A DNA stretch of 64,000 bases from Octopus bimaculoides (GCF_001194135.2 NC_068993.1:17064073-17128072), one strand, 5' to 3'. Shown: positions 12,079-24,798, counted from the first letter of the stretch. Notes: a model not told the origin generated them from the letters alone. Numbers and translations: made by a program.

Positions 12079-13541
12079 CATGATAGACTTAATAATACTT
12101 TGAAACAAATGAAAACAGTATTCTAATGGCAATTAAACTTTTAAAGAAATAAAGGAAATATTACTCACATTTTTAAGAATAAACACTTGCATACTGAGGG
12201 GTGCTGCTGTACTCCATCTCCAAATGCAGCAGTTGATGTCTGATCAGGCAGTGAAACAGCTCTGCAAGTGTTTAGGCCCTTTTCACTGTAACACTTGAAC
12301 TGCCCACCAATCTAGGTAACAAAACTCCCACACAATAGTATGAGCTTTGTTGAATCAGATGTTGTGACTCTGGGCCAAATAATTTTCCACTATCTTCAAT
12401 GCTTGTTTTTCCATCCCCGCACATACCATCCATACATGCAATTTACAACAAATCAAAGTACTTATATATTATGGAATAGTAAATATATGTATAAACCACT
12501 TTTACAAAGCAAAAACAATTATATTATATTCCTAGGTCACCAAAAAAATGCAAAGCATCTATAAAAAAAACATCCTTAAAACGCATAAATAATTCACACA
12601 AACTCCATTTCCCATTATATGATATTTTTAAAAGCCAACTGAATGAGTAAAAATTATTTTTTTTAAAATGACATGACATAAAATTCCAAACAGCTACTAG
12701 AATTTTCCATTTGTAAGTGCTGCTCACTAAAAAAAAAAAACAAAAGTAAAGATTTCAGTTTTTGGAGGTTTTCATATTTTGGTTAAAAGATTTTCACCTG
12801 TGGATGTATGTGTGGGTGTGTGGGTGAGGCGGTGTATGTATTATATTATCATTGACATCTCTGAGTATCAAAAATTTTATTCCATTGAATTTATCTTTGT
12901 GTTCTGAGATATCTGTATAAGCATATTTTTAACTTCAAAGAATTCTGACAATTAGGATATCAAAATTGGCGCATAGTTGGGTCAAAAGGTCCTTGTTGTC
13001 AGTCTGCTTCATCCTATGAAGTCTCTTTTTTTACTCTGGTTACTTTCAAAGTCGTCATATCCAACCGATGCTTTTTCCTTTCAGAACAAACAATCAATAT
13101 ATCATCATCATCATCATCATCTTCATCATCATCGTCGTCGTCATCATCATAACATCCACTTTTCTATGCTTGTATGGGTTGGACAGAGTTTATGCAGCCA
13201 GATTTTCTACTGTGAAATGCTCTTCTTGTTGCAGTCTCTTGCCCGTTTCCAAGCGAGTTAGTGTTTCCCCATGGCCTGATATGTTTTTGAAAAATATTGG
13301 TTTCAAATTTTTGGCACAAGGCCAGCAATTTGGGGGGATGGGGCAGTCGATACATCAACTCTAGTGCTCAACTGGTACTTATTTTATCAACCCTGAAAGA
13401 ATGAAAAGTAGAGTTAACCTCAGCAATATTTGAACTCAAAATGTTAAAATGGATGAAATGCCTCTAAGCATTTTGTACAATTCATTTGCAATTACATATC
13501 AAGACAAGGCGATACACACACATACATATACACACAAGCAT

Positions 13542-13597
<56 letters not shown>

Positions 13598-14102
13598 NNN
13601 NNNNNNNNNNNNNNNNNNNNNNNNNNNNNNNNNNNNNNNNNNNNNNNNNNNNNNNNNNNNNNNNNNNNNNNNNNNNNNNNNNNNNNNNNNNNNNNNNNNN
13701 NNNNNNNNNNNNNNNNNNNNNNNNNNNNNNNNNNNNNNNNNNNNNNNNNNNNNNNNNNNNNNNNNNNNNNNNNNNNNNNNNNNNNNNNNNNNNNNNNNNN
13801 NNNNNNNNNNNNNNNNNNNNNNNNNNNNNNNNNNNNNNNNNNNNNNNNNNNNNNNNNNNNNNNNNNNNNNNNNNNNNNNNNNNNNNNNNNNNNNNNNNNN
13901 NNNNATATATATATATATATATATATAGGTATGACTGCATGGTTAACAAATTTGTTTCATAAGTATGTGGTTTCTGGTTCAATCCTACCATGTGACATCT
14001 TCAGCAAGTGTTTTGTATTGTAACCTCAGGCTGGCCAATGTCTTGTGAGTGAAGCTGATATATAGAAGCGGCAGAAACCTATTGTGTGTGTGTGTGTGTT
14101 TT

Positions 14103-14198
14103 ATTAATATTTAGCAGAAGCAATAGAGTGACTCAAGAGCCAAGAGTTCTGTGCATCTCTTAGCCCTTGAGTTACTCTTGCTTCTGCTAAATATTAAT
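14103..14198. repeat. Palindromic element / fold-back hairpin (42-44 bp arms, 10-nt loop)
   Basis: 14103-14146 is the reverse complement of 14157-14198 apart from three substitutions and a 2-nt bulge. Confidence 0.9.
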
Positions 14199-14249
14199 TT
14201 TAAAAATATATATATTTATTCATACTTATTTTTCATCCACTTTTCTAAA

Positions 14250-14829
14250 CTCCATGGTAGTGAGACATGGGCTCTGAATGCAGAAGATATGTATAGAGTG
14301 GAGAGAAATGAAGGTAATATGCTCCATTGGATGTGCAACATCAGTGCACATGTACAGCAAAGTGCAAATGTATTGAGAGAAAAGTTGGACATATGAGGAA
14401 TCAAATGTAGCACACAAGAGGGAAGACTACACTGTTTTGGGCATGTGATGCGTATGAATGAGGACAGCTACATAACGAAGTGCCAATCACTGAAATTGGA
14501 TGATACCTGGAGAAGAGAGAGTCCCAGGAAAACATGGGATGAAGTGGTAAAGACCAATCTCAGACTGTTGAGCCTCATGGAGGAAATGACAATGGACCAA
14601 GGTGTCTGGCAATATGAAGTTCTAGAGAAGACCTACCTGTGTTTGTGCCATGTAAAAAGCATTAAGTCCACTCGGTTGAGTGATTGGTGTTAGGAAGGGC
14701 ATCCAGCTGTAAAAATCCTACCAAAACAGTCACAGAAGTCTGGTGCGGGCTTCTGCCTGGTTGACTCTTGTGAAACCATCCCACCTATGCTAGCATGGAA
14801 GGCAGACGTTAAACGATGATGATGATGAT
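14250..14829 (+). mobile_element. RTE-clade LINE 3' end (decayed ORF C-terminus, 3' UTR, (GAT)n tail)
   Basis: LHGSETWAL..VERNEGNMLHWMC..LREKLDI*..GHVMRMNEDS..RESPRKTWDEVVKTNL matches RTE post-RT motifs (LYGSETW, RWxGHV, GRPRKTW). Followed by gttaggaagggcatccagctgta and a (GAT)n tail. Confidence 0.85.
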
Positions 14830-15359
14830 TCCCATGCTGGCATGGGTTAGGAAGGTTATCATGTCCTTGGTCAGAGTAAAGGGACCTCTCAGTGTTGTGT
14901 TATCTTCACTCAATTGTCAACCACTTCACTAGATACATTTTTATCTTGACCCTGTCACTGCTCTAGGTTGCTTTACATTCCATATGACTTGAGTCCTCAC
15001 TATATTGAAGTGTATCTGTTCATTCAAGTTATCATGACCTAGAAGGTGGTTAGGGAGAGAGAGAGAAAGAGTAATGATGGAAGAAAACCCAGACTGAGTG
15101 AGTGAAGGATACAAGAGTATGATGTCAGATACAGTGATTGGAGTGATGAGAGTGGTAGAGGAGAAGAAATTGTAATGGCTATTAATAGAGATTGATAGTA
15201 CTAAGAGAGAATTGTGGGTGTCTGTCACGTGTCCTTAAGCCAGACACTTTATTTCCTGTTGCTAGTTTGCTCAGCTCTAACTCAAAGTGCCAGTTTTGTC
15301 ACATTCTGTGTCACTCTGAATCTCTCTGAGAATTACACTAAGGATATGTGTCTGTGGAA

Positions 15360-15685
15360 TGCTCAGCTACTTGAATGGAGCACTCTCCGTCGGTTACGAC
15401 GACGAGGGTCCCAGCTGATACGATCAACAGAACAGCTTGCTGGTGAAATTAATGTGCAGGTGACTGAGCAATCCACAGACACGTGTACCCCTAACGTAGT
15501 TCTCGGGGAGATTCAGCGTGACACAGAGTGTGACAAGGCTGGCCCTTTGAAATAGAGGCACTACTCATTTTTGCCAGCTGAGTGGACTGGAGTAACATGA
15601 AATAAAGGACACAATGCATCGCCAGGAATTGAACTCACGACCTTACGATCATAAGCCGAATGCCCTAACCACTAAGCCACGTGTC
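15360..15685 (-). mobile_element. tRNA-derived SINE family D with Ceph-type 3' body
   Basis: Reverse strand has tggcttagtggttagggc (A box) and gagttcaattcc (B box). The 3' body is shared with 53880-54270. Confidence 0.75.
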
Positions 15686-15859
15686 TTGACTGCTACTTGA
15701 ATATTAATTTCATGAGCAGGCAGTTCCATTGATCATACAAACTGGAACACTCATTGTTGTAACAGACAGAGTACCATTCTTTTTAATATTGGGGTAGGGA
15801 CCCAAATAGAGATGATTTATTTCTTCCCAGCCACCATCAGTACTCCCATTTTATTGTTT

Positions 15860-16030
15860 CACCATTCTTGCACAGGTGGCTGGGTCTTCTCCCTCACTAT
15901 GTTTTGCCAGTCATTATAGTCCATTGTGATCTCCACGAGGCTCAGTATCTTTAAATCAGTCCCATGTCTTTCTGGGTCTCCTTCTTCCCTAAGGTCCAAC
16001 CATTTTAAGTACCCTGCACTTCTCTGTACA
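15860..16030 (-). mobile_element. RTE-clade LINE ORF C-terminal fossil
   Basis: Minus strand has a frameshifted GRPRKTW-like segment followed by DLKILSLVEITMDYNDWQNIVREKT, paralleling 14500-14640. Confidence 0.6.
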
Positions 16031-16855
16031 GCTGTGATATACACTACATCTGATTCCTCTTATATCCATTTTTTTTTTCTGTTCTTTGTTTTCTCTCAAC
16101 TCATTTGTACTCCATTGTTAATCTACATTAACATTACACAATTCAGCAGAGCATGCTAGCTTCGTTTCTTTATTTCTTTTTACTCTTCACATTCAAGGCT
16201 TACCCATGCATGTGTGTGTGTGTATTAATATAATACCTTACAATTGTACAGGTGTTCCAATATAATTGTATCTTTTACAGAGTATTTGACTCAAGTCAAA
16301 GGGTATTGACACAAGTACTAACTTCAGTCTCATACTTATTTAATCAACCTCTGTTAGTCAAGTTACCTTTTCACGTATACAGACGTTACTTGATGCACTG
16401 CTTTTCCATCAGTATCCAGCAAATATAGATATTCAATCTTATCAAAAATTTCATGTAAAGTCTAATATTATCAGCATTATTATTATTATTATGCCATTGT
16501 ATGCAGTTAGTTATTCTTATCCAAGGGGTTCTTTTTCTTTGGTGATAAGGTGGTTATTTGAAGATTCGGTTACTATATTTAACAAGGTGAGCAACCACAC
16601 CAAATATTTTTCATTGGCTCGTTGTTGTTGTTGTTGTTGGTGGTGGTGGTGAGCTGGCAGAATTGTGAGCACACTGAACAAAATACTTAATATCCTGAGT
16701 TCAAATTCTACCAAGGTCGACTTCGCCTTTCAGGGTTAATGAAATAAGTACCAATTGAGCACTGAGATCAATGTAATCAACTAGCTTCCTCCCCCAAAAT
16801 ATCAGGCCTTGTGCCTATAGTAGAAAGGATTATTATTATCATTGCTATTATTATA

Positions 16856-16894
<39 letters not shown>

Positions 16895-17281
16895 GTGATG
16901 GCTTGGTAGAATCTTCAGTGTCAAATATAATGTCTCATGTCAAACATGTCTTGCTTCTTTGCATTCTGAGTTCAAATCCTGCTGAGGTGAACTTTGTTGA
17001 TTAAATAAACTGTAATCATATACTACGATCAGTGTACCTGACTAGCCCAACCTCCACCCCTGCCAAATTTTAGGCCTTGTATCTAAACTTTTTTTTTTTT
17101 TTGTGCAAGGCCAGCAATTTTGATGGGTGGAGATGTTGATTACGCTGACCCCCAGTGCTCAACTGGTACTTATTTTACTAGCCCCAAAAGGATGAAAGAT
17201 GAAGTCAACCTCGGTGAAATTTGAACTCAGAACATAAAGACAGACAAAATACTGCTAAGCATTTTGTCTATGATAGAAAGG

Positions 17282-17317
<36 letters not shown>

Positions 17318-18518
17318 AAGAGTAGTGAGATTGCAAAAACAGTAGAGTACCTTCTGTTTGGTAACATCTTTACATTCTTATTCAAATTCTGAGAGATTAA
17401 CTTGGATTTTTCCCTTTGGATGTTAATAATCATGGTAGTGGTGATGGTGGTTGTTGTTGTTTCTGAGTTAAGTACAAAATGAGCAATTTTGTGGAGAGAG
17501 TGAGTTATCAATGCCATTAGCTCTGGTACTCGACAGGTACTTTATTTTATTGACCACAGAGAAGAATTAAAGGCGAAGTTGGCTGTCCCTTTGCTGCCTG
17601 CCCACAGCCCACCTCCAGAATTGAACTCAGAATATAGAAGAGTCAAAAAAAATACTGCAGGATATTTTTTCCTGATACTCAAAATCTCTGGAAGCTGTTA
17701 ATAGTCTTGTATCCATCGACAGTTAATCAATAGAAGAGTCTGATCAGTCATACCATATATGTCAGTTTGGTGTCTGAGAACAGTTGATCAATATACAGAT
17801 GATTGAAAACAATTTCTTAAAATCAACAATTAATCGGATTATAGAAAATTGTAATATAAAAATGTGATTGTATGCGTGTATGTTCAATTTGCAGGACAGT
17901 TTTTCACCAATCAAGCTGAAATTTGACACGATTATACATCTTTAAGAGGAGGTATGAATTGGTACAGTTGTTTGAGCATCAGATAATTTCACATTTATTC
18001 TGACCTTTCTGCACTTTGAGTTCAAGTCTTACTAAGGTCAGCTTTGTCTTTTGTCCCTTTGGGGGTCAGTAAAAATGTACCAATCCAAGGCAGTAGATTG
18101 GCAGAAATGTAAGAATGTTGGACCAGATGCCTTAGTATTTGTTCAGGATCTTTACATTCTGTGTTCAAGTACTACCATAGCCTATTTGTGTGGTCAATTT
18201 AACCCATTGTCCATTTTAATGCTGTCAGTTGGCACCTTGAGTACTTTTAGTATTACAGGCTTTTGAGGCCAGGTTTCTGATTTGGGAATACCTTCCTCCT
18301 ACCCACTAACCTCAGCTCTTAACATGTCATGGGCATTGCTTTCCTTCTTGACTAAAAGATAGACAAAAAAGGCTATGTAACCTTTTCTAATATTTTCTAT
18401 AAATCTAGGCAAGGCTAGGTACTACTGCTAATATTTGAAAACTGGAGAATGGGCTATAGGAAGGAAAATGGTCACATATTCATATTTTCAAATAATTTTT
18501 TATTTAAAATTTTATTTC

Positions 18519-18566
<48 letters not shown>

Positions 18567-18959
18567 GTGTGTGCGTGTGTGTGTATGCATGTGTGCATGT
18601 GTGTGTGAGAGAGAGAGAGTGAGAGTTTATTATAGTCTGAAAACTAGTGTAGCTTATGTTAATGTCCTTTTATAGCCTTTGCCATATCTTGTTCAAAATC
18701 TCTGATAATTGAATCAATATTTGTAAATGGTGCTAATGTTTTTACTGTAGGAAGAAATTAGCATTTCAACAAAGTTATAAAAAACAAAAAAGAAATTATT
18801 ATCTCACATTATAGGCAAACTGCACCTAAATTAATGTACTCTTGAAATGATTCAATGATTTTTATTTTTTTTAAGATGCATTGCTGAATCCCTGTGTCTT
18901 TCGCACTTGTTTCGCACTTGTTTCGCACTCCATTCCACTGAATAATTTTTCCATACATC

Positions 18960-19400
18960 TCATTCAGCGATTATTCTCTCTTCAATGCCTCTATAATAAA
19001 TTTCCAAATTGTTGGAGAATTTGCTGAAATCCGGTTGAAGAAAGAACAAAAACAAATAACTCTGTTGAAGCGCCTTCAATAGAATAGAATTATTTGTTTT
19101 TGGTAAATCCTGTTGCACTCTATCAAAACAGGACTGCTGCATATATATGGCTGCCACAGCCAAGTAGCCTTAAAGTAGTCAACTACTGGAAGAACTTTTT
19201 TTTTCTGGAGGATGTAATGCTTCATCTATTTGTGCTTCAAATACATCATTTACTTGCACTATTGGAACAAAAGCTAAAGCTGAAAGCAAGTTAATACTTA
19301 ATGAAAAGTATGCATCTGTGTCATAATGCACTTTTAGACCAAAGGATGCACTCTTTTCTGTATGAGCAGTATTCTAAAACAACCAGTTATTACAATAGGC
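18960..19400 (-). mobile_element. Mutator-like (MULE) transposase fossil
   Basis: Minus-strand segments ITGCF, SFGLKVHYDTDAYFSLSINLLSALAFVPIVQVNDVFE, VLPVVDYFKATW, FDRVQQDLPKTNNS and PTIWKFIIEALKRE are collinear with animal MULE transposase C-terminal motifs. Several frameshifts. Confidence 0.75.
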
Positions 19401-19440
19401 TGTCCTGACAACCTTAATAAAACCTGGTTCAAACTTTGCT

Positions 19441-19905
19441 CTTTTTACTCTTTTACTTGTTTCAGTCATTTGACTGCGGCCATGCTGGAGCACCACCTTT
19501 AGTCGAGCAAATCGACCCCAGGACTTATTCTTTGTAAGCCTAGTACTTATTCTATCGGTCGCTTTTGCCGATCCGCTAAGTTACGGAGACGTAAGCACAC
19601 CACCATCGGTTGTCAGACGATGTTGAGGGGAACAAACACAGACACACAAACATATACACACACATACATATATATATATATATACTAATATATACTTTTG
19701 TTATTTACACCACCTGTCCTCGTCTGTTGTTATTTTTTGTATATTCTCCCATATATATATACATACACGACGGGCTTCTTTCAGTTTCCGTCTACCAAAT
19801 CCATTCACAAGGCTTTGGTCGGCCCAAGGCTTTAGTAGAAGACACTTGCCCAAGGAACCATGTGGTTGGTTAGCAAGTTACTTACCACACAGCCACTCCT
19901 GTGCC
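19441..19905 (-). mobile_element. tRNA-derived SINE family A, near full length, small deletion in head
   Basis: Reverse complement of the 39108-39507 copy, with an internal (TA)/(CA) microsatellite. Confidence 0.85.
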
Positions 19906-20184
19906 TTTAGTAACTGAATCAATATTTGAAAACGATATTAATACTTTTACTGTAATAAAAACTAAACATGTTTCTTCTTTCCTTATAAGGTAACAATTAA
20001 AATGTCAAAAGTAAGCAAAACCCATTTTTAATTCCATGAATGGTATATAGAACCTGCTCACACACTCCATCTCATACTTTAACTCTTCATCTCCGAGCAT
20101 AGTGCTTCTCACACCACCACCCACCCCAGCCTTGGGTTTCTTAGTCTTGCAAGCTATATGGCAACCTCACTTGTGCCAGTGACA

Positions 20185-20780
20185 TAAAAAATACACCCAG
20201 AACATACTGGAAAGTGGTTGGTGTTGACGAGGGCATCCAGCCATAGAAGCCATGACCTAGCAGACACTTGAGCACAGCACAGTCCTTGCACCCAGTAGAT
20301 GCTGTCAAACTGTTCAAACCATACCAGCATGGAACATGGGCATCAAATAATAATAATGATTGTGATGATGATGATGGTGGTGGTGGTGGCGGTGGCGGCA
20401 GTGGCAGCAGGGGTGGTGGTGAATATGAAGATGATGATGGTGAATATGAAGATGATGATGATGATGATGGTAATGGTGAATATAAAGATGATGATGATGA
20501 TGATGGTGAATATGAATATGAAGATGATGATGATGATGATGATGGTAATGGTGAATATGAAGATGATGATGATGATGGTGAATATGAAGATGATGATGAT
20601 AATGGGGAATATGAAGATGATTATGATTATGGTGAATATGAAGATGATGATGATGATGATGGTGAATATGAAGATGATGATGATAATGGTGAATACGAGG
20701 ATGATGATTATGATGGTGAATATGAAGATGATGGTGAATATGAAGAAGATGATGATGATGAAGAAGAAGGAGGAGGAAAT
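20185..20780 (+). repeat. RTE 3' UTR fragment whose (GAT)n tail runs into a compound GGT-GAA-TAT-GAA-(GAT)n minisatellite
   Basis: RTE-type 3' UTR (gtggttggtgttgacgagggcatccagcc...ccagcatggaac) at about 20185-20345, then 12 units beginning GG(T/G)GAATA(T/C) from 20417 to about 20760. Confidence 0.85.
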
Positions 20781-21135
20781 CACAATTTCTCTTCTCTGGA
20801 GTCATTCTTAACTTTTTTCATAAATCAATGCACTTCAACATTAACTAGACTACTAGTAAAATTAAGCTCACAAGAAACTGAAATAAACTTATCATTAATG
20901 GTTTTGATGTGACATTTACTGTATTTTACATAATTCTAGCACTTTCAAAATATTTTATTTCTTACTCGAGTATCTTTAATGAATAATTATCAATTCACTA
21001 ATAACATTGGTTTCTTTTTTTCTCCTCTTTAACTTTGTACAAATTTAGCCAATTGTGGGTAGGATCAATCTCTACATTAAAAGACACAACATACACCAGT
21101 TTATAGAGAATGAACATCACACATGCACGCGCATG

Positions 21136-21172
<37 letters not shown>

Positions 21173-21455
21173 CACATGTATGAACTATAACAGCTTCTAC
21201 ATTTTAATTTTAAAAATTCACATTAAAAAAAATTAGTTTAATAAAACATGACACTATAATATTTTTAAAGAGAAATTACTATGATATTTCCAATAATTCG
21301 ATTGGTTGTTGATTTTGAGCAACTGATACTTTGACTGATTGATTTTTGCTGTCACGTATTTTTAATAAATTGCATTTTGATTAACTGCTCCCATACAGTG
21401 TATGATACTGTTTGGGGACAGATGTATTCTAAGGTATATAAAATACCTTAATACC

Positions 21456-21526
21456 TTATATGCTGAGGTGCATGAAACACCTTGTCATCTTATAAGGTGA
21501 GGTGTTTTATGCACTTCGGCATATAA
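21456..21526 (+). ncRNA. Pre-miRNA-like hairpin candidate (28-bp stem, 15-nt loop)
   Basis: All 28 stem positions pair in the sense transcript (24 Watson-Crick, 4 G.U). The structure is seen directly; the miRNA identity is unproven. Confidence 0.35.
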
Positions 21527-21692
21527 AAGATGTCAATATTTACCGAAGATCAAGCTTAGTCAACATTGACCTCTACTGACAACTTACCATACATCACAGA
21601 AGTTGAGGTTTACGTTTTATATCTGGCATATGCGTCACTACCACCACTCCACCCAATTTGGAGGAGAGCTTTAAGGTTTTGCCAATAATATA

Positions 21693-21830
21693 AGGGGGTA
21701 CCCAAAAGAAGTCGGAATTTTGCAATATTATTCTATTCACTTAGTTTTACATGTTTACACTTTTATTGTTTTCAGAGTCTTCTCCATTTGAAGCAATGCA
21801 TCGGTCCAGACACGTTTTTCACTGTTGGAT
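21693..21830. mobile_element. Mariner-like terminal fragment
   Basis: taaggggtacccaaaagaagtcggaattt resembles irritans/Hsmar2-type TIR starts. Recognised from memory. Confidence 0.4.
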
Positions 21831-22752
21831 GATTCTGGGCAGAGGTATGAGGGATAGTAAGAGTGGAGGATGAGGCAGTGCTGCAAGGAACAAGAGAAAA
21901 AGAAGGGATTTTAGAGTTGAAAAGGTGATAGGGTGGGTTTTGTAAGGAGAGGGTTGAGTTATAGAGCTAACCAACATTACAAGGGGCAAGTATGGACAGA
22001 AGGTGTGATGGAAAGGGACAATATCTTGATAAATAAGCTTAGGTTGATGAGATTTCCTATTGTAGAATGTCGTTTATCACCAAATCAGTCCTGCACAAGG
22101 AGACTTGCTCTGATTATGTTGTTTTATTAAGACAATATATCTTAAACTATATTGTCCAATATTTCCTCCCAGTTTGTCCTTCTTTAACTATTTCGTTACC
22201 ATACTTCTAATGAAAGTCACTGTCTAGGTATTTCAATTACTTATGAAAAATAATAAAGAATTTGGAGAGATTTAGAAAAGTAACTTTTATTAATAAAGTG
22301 TCTGGAGCACAATTGAATAAAAAAGGATTTTTACATTAAAATTATGACAGAAGCTTTTTATTTAAGTATTGACACTTTGAAATGAGACATTTTGTATTAG
22401 ATTCAAAAGTGTTCTTGAGTAAGTTGGTGTAAAAAGGATAAAAGCAGTATGGTGTGATTTGAGGGACATTTGACTGCTATTTCTAACAGGTTGGATAACC
22501 ACTTAGAAACCCCTTTCAAGATTCATGTTCCTGGTTGATTTCAAAGTTTCTGTTCAAGGAAGATATTCATGTATAGCTGAAGGTGTTAAGGCTGTGTGGA
22601 TGAGAAAGAATGAGGTTGTGCAAAGAATGAGAGGCGAGAGTTATAAGATGATGTCGTGTATATGTAAATTGTTAGAGATGGTATGTGAAAGAAGCTGAAG
22701 GGTATAAAAGGGATAATTGAGAGAACATCCAGGTTCAGGGAGTTTGCCTTAA

Positions 22753-22974
22753 CCCTTAAGCATTCAGATTACTCTGTCAGGTGTAATGCTTATTCATTCA
22801 CAAATTTTTAATACTGAAACATGCATAATCTTGTAGCTTCAAGATTTCGATGATGTGATTGTTTATTTTTAGAATGACATTGAAGGATAGGCGTGAGAGG
22901 CTGGATCTGGTTGATTTGAACATAGAACAGGTAGAATATTTGGGCCTGATATGACTGGTTTAAATGCTAAAGGG
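22753..22974. mobile_element. TTAA-flanked MITE (piggyBac-like), complete copy
   Basis: TTAA|CCCTTAAGCATT ... AATGCTAAAGGG|TTAA. Further copies at 36119-36322 (opposite orientation), about 29400-29585 and a partial one at about 35320-35400. Confidence 0.8.
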
Positions 22975-23479
22975 TTAAACACACCTTGTTAATATATTCT
23001 ATAATGAATCAATCTAACAGGAACTGTTTATTCCAGATGAGTCCAGTGACAATTTTTCTTTTTGCAAAATTTTTGAAGAAATTCTACAAGTATGATGTGT
23101 GAGTGAAGATCTCCAAGCAATCTTTAATTTAAATTACAGTTTGTTTGTTGATTTTTGTTATTCTTTTTTTTTTTTTTTATTAACTTTTTGGTTGCTGCTT
23201 ACCAAAATTAATTGCCATATATTGTGTTTACCATCTTGCGCTTATGAAAATAAAAGAAAGTTATCATCATCATCATTTTTTACATCCAGCTTTCAATGCA
23301 GCTATGGGGTGGACAGGATTCTATGGCCAGATTGATGGTCATTCTGATGCCACCTGTTTTAATTGCCTCTTTCAACAGAGAGTGTGGCAGTGTAACTCTT
23401 CTAAACACCAATATACACAGAATCAATAAAATGTTTTGGCATTAGCTTAAGAAGTACATGCAAGCACAGAAGCTGCACG

Positions 23480-24240
23480 GTTTAACTTGATGGGACTCAA
23501 CCAATAAGGAGCCTAGACAACGTAGCCACATACAACAGTGGAACATCACTTGGTTGGATCAGCTGCTGCAGAGCCTTAGCTAGTGACTGCTACAGCTGCT
23601 AGTATGATCAGTTACTTAAGGTACTTGTGGAGGTTATAACAACAGTCATTAAACCCAGCAGGTACCGCCCAAGGTGGGAGGTCCGCAAAGCTGAAAAGAA
23701 GCCCAATTCACTGAAACATTAACTTTGCCTACTTACTTTCCACAGCCCCAGACTGGCAGCTGAAAGTGGATCTTGTTCAACAATTAGATTTCCCAGAGCT
23801 CTATGAACTAATTTCATTCTACCAAGATATAGTTATCTTCTAAAATTTTTCCAAACAAGTTACCATATGGGAACTGACTGTGCCCTTGGGAAGAACACAT
23901 GGAGGAGGCTTGTGAGTGAATGTTTGCCAATTATTAGAAGAGCTGTGCAAAAACCAGTACTTGCAAGCATCTTGCAAGGCAGCTGAAGTAGGCTGCCAGG
24001 GTTTTGTGCAAGGCTTCGACAGATGCAGCAAAGAGAAGGGTAATAAATCCATCACCAAAGCTACAGAGAAGGTCATTTAGGTGGCTTTGGATAAAGAAGA
24101 CAAACTAGTGGGATGCAAGCAGGGATCTGATCAACCCCAGCTAGGGTTAAGTGGGCAAGGAGTTCTGGTGTAGAAAGACACAGAACCTCTTAAGACCCCC
24201 TGGAAAAACATCAGTGATGATGCATCTCAAAGCATCTGTG
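23480..24240 (+). mobile_element. HERO/R2-group non-LTR retrotransposon 3' fossil (restriction-like endonuclease region plus 3' UTR)
   Basis: SCCRALASDCYSC*YDQLLK, then TAPDWQLKVDLVQQLDFP..QDIVIF*..KQVTIWELTVP[fs]EEHMEEACE, AEVGCQGFV and KATEK..RWLWIK. These match the C-terminus of RLE-bearing HERO-like elements. The 3' UTR is tgatcaacccc...catcagtgatgatg. Confidence 0.75.
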
Positions 24241-24504
24241 AAATATATCTTGGAACAAACTGTGGAGTGTTAGATTTTACATCAAGTCTGTTGGAGTTAA
24301 TTTTGTACTTTATCTATCCCGTATCAGTAAAATCTTCAATGGTTTTGTTTCTGCTGACTATATTTAATCTCCCCCCTCCCTCGCCATCAAAATACACTTA
24401 CCTTTGCCAGGTAAATAATTTGAAATCATTACTGTTTTTGTTATTGCTATTATTGTATACATTATTTATTGAATTTCCTCTTTTTCTCTTTTATGTATTT
24501 TCAG

Positions 24505-24798
24505 TTACTCCAGAAAACCCATATGTGTATATTGGAAATACTCTGGAGCTGAATTGTACCATTTCTGGCCTGGGTCTGGGCAAAGTGTCACAGATGTATT
24601 TCACTCACAACACCACCACAATGGTCTCCAAAGAATTCACTCGTGCTCTTGATATCAGCACACTTCAGCTTAATATGAACATTTCTTCACCCAGAGATGC
24701 TGGCAAATACACATGTCTTATGTCAGCCAAGCCACCACTTTTCACAACTCATATATCACCTCCTCATGTCATTGGATCACAATTCGTAGAAGTGGAGT
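24505..24798 (+). CDS. Class I cytokine receptor, Ig-like domain exon
   Basis: Long polypyrimidine tract plus ttcAG ends at 24504. The 294-nt phase 1-1 exon encodes VTPENPYVYIGNTLELNCTISG...LQLNMNISSPRDAGKYTCLMS...GSQFVEVE, with both Ig cysteines and the D-x-G-x-Y-x-C motif. Donor T|GTAAGT at 24799. Confidence 0.93.

Noticed and set aside
20299-20811. Met-rich, His-rich and Ile-rich ORFs in three other frames of the GAT minisatellite
   Set aside because: Trinucleotide-based repeats lacking stops are open in several frames, and there is no independent coding evidence.
24267-24504. Hydrophobic N-terminal part of ORF 24267-24824 as a signal or TM segment
   Set aside because: It is the intronic polypyrimidine tract upstream of the acceptor at 24504. 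The real signal peptide is on exon 5050-5134.
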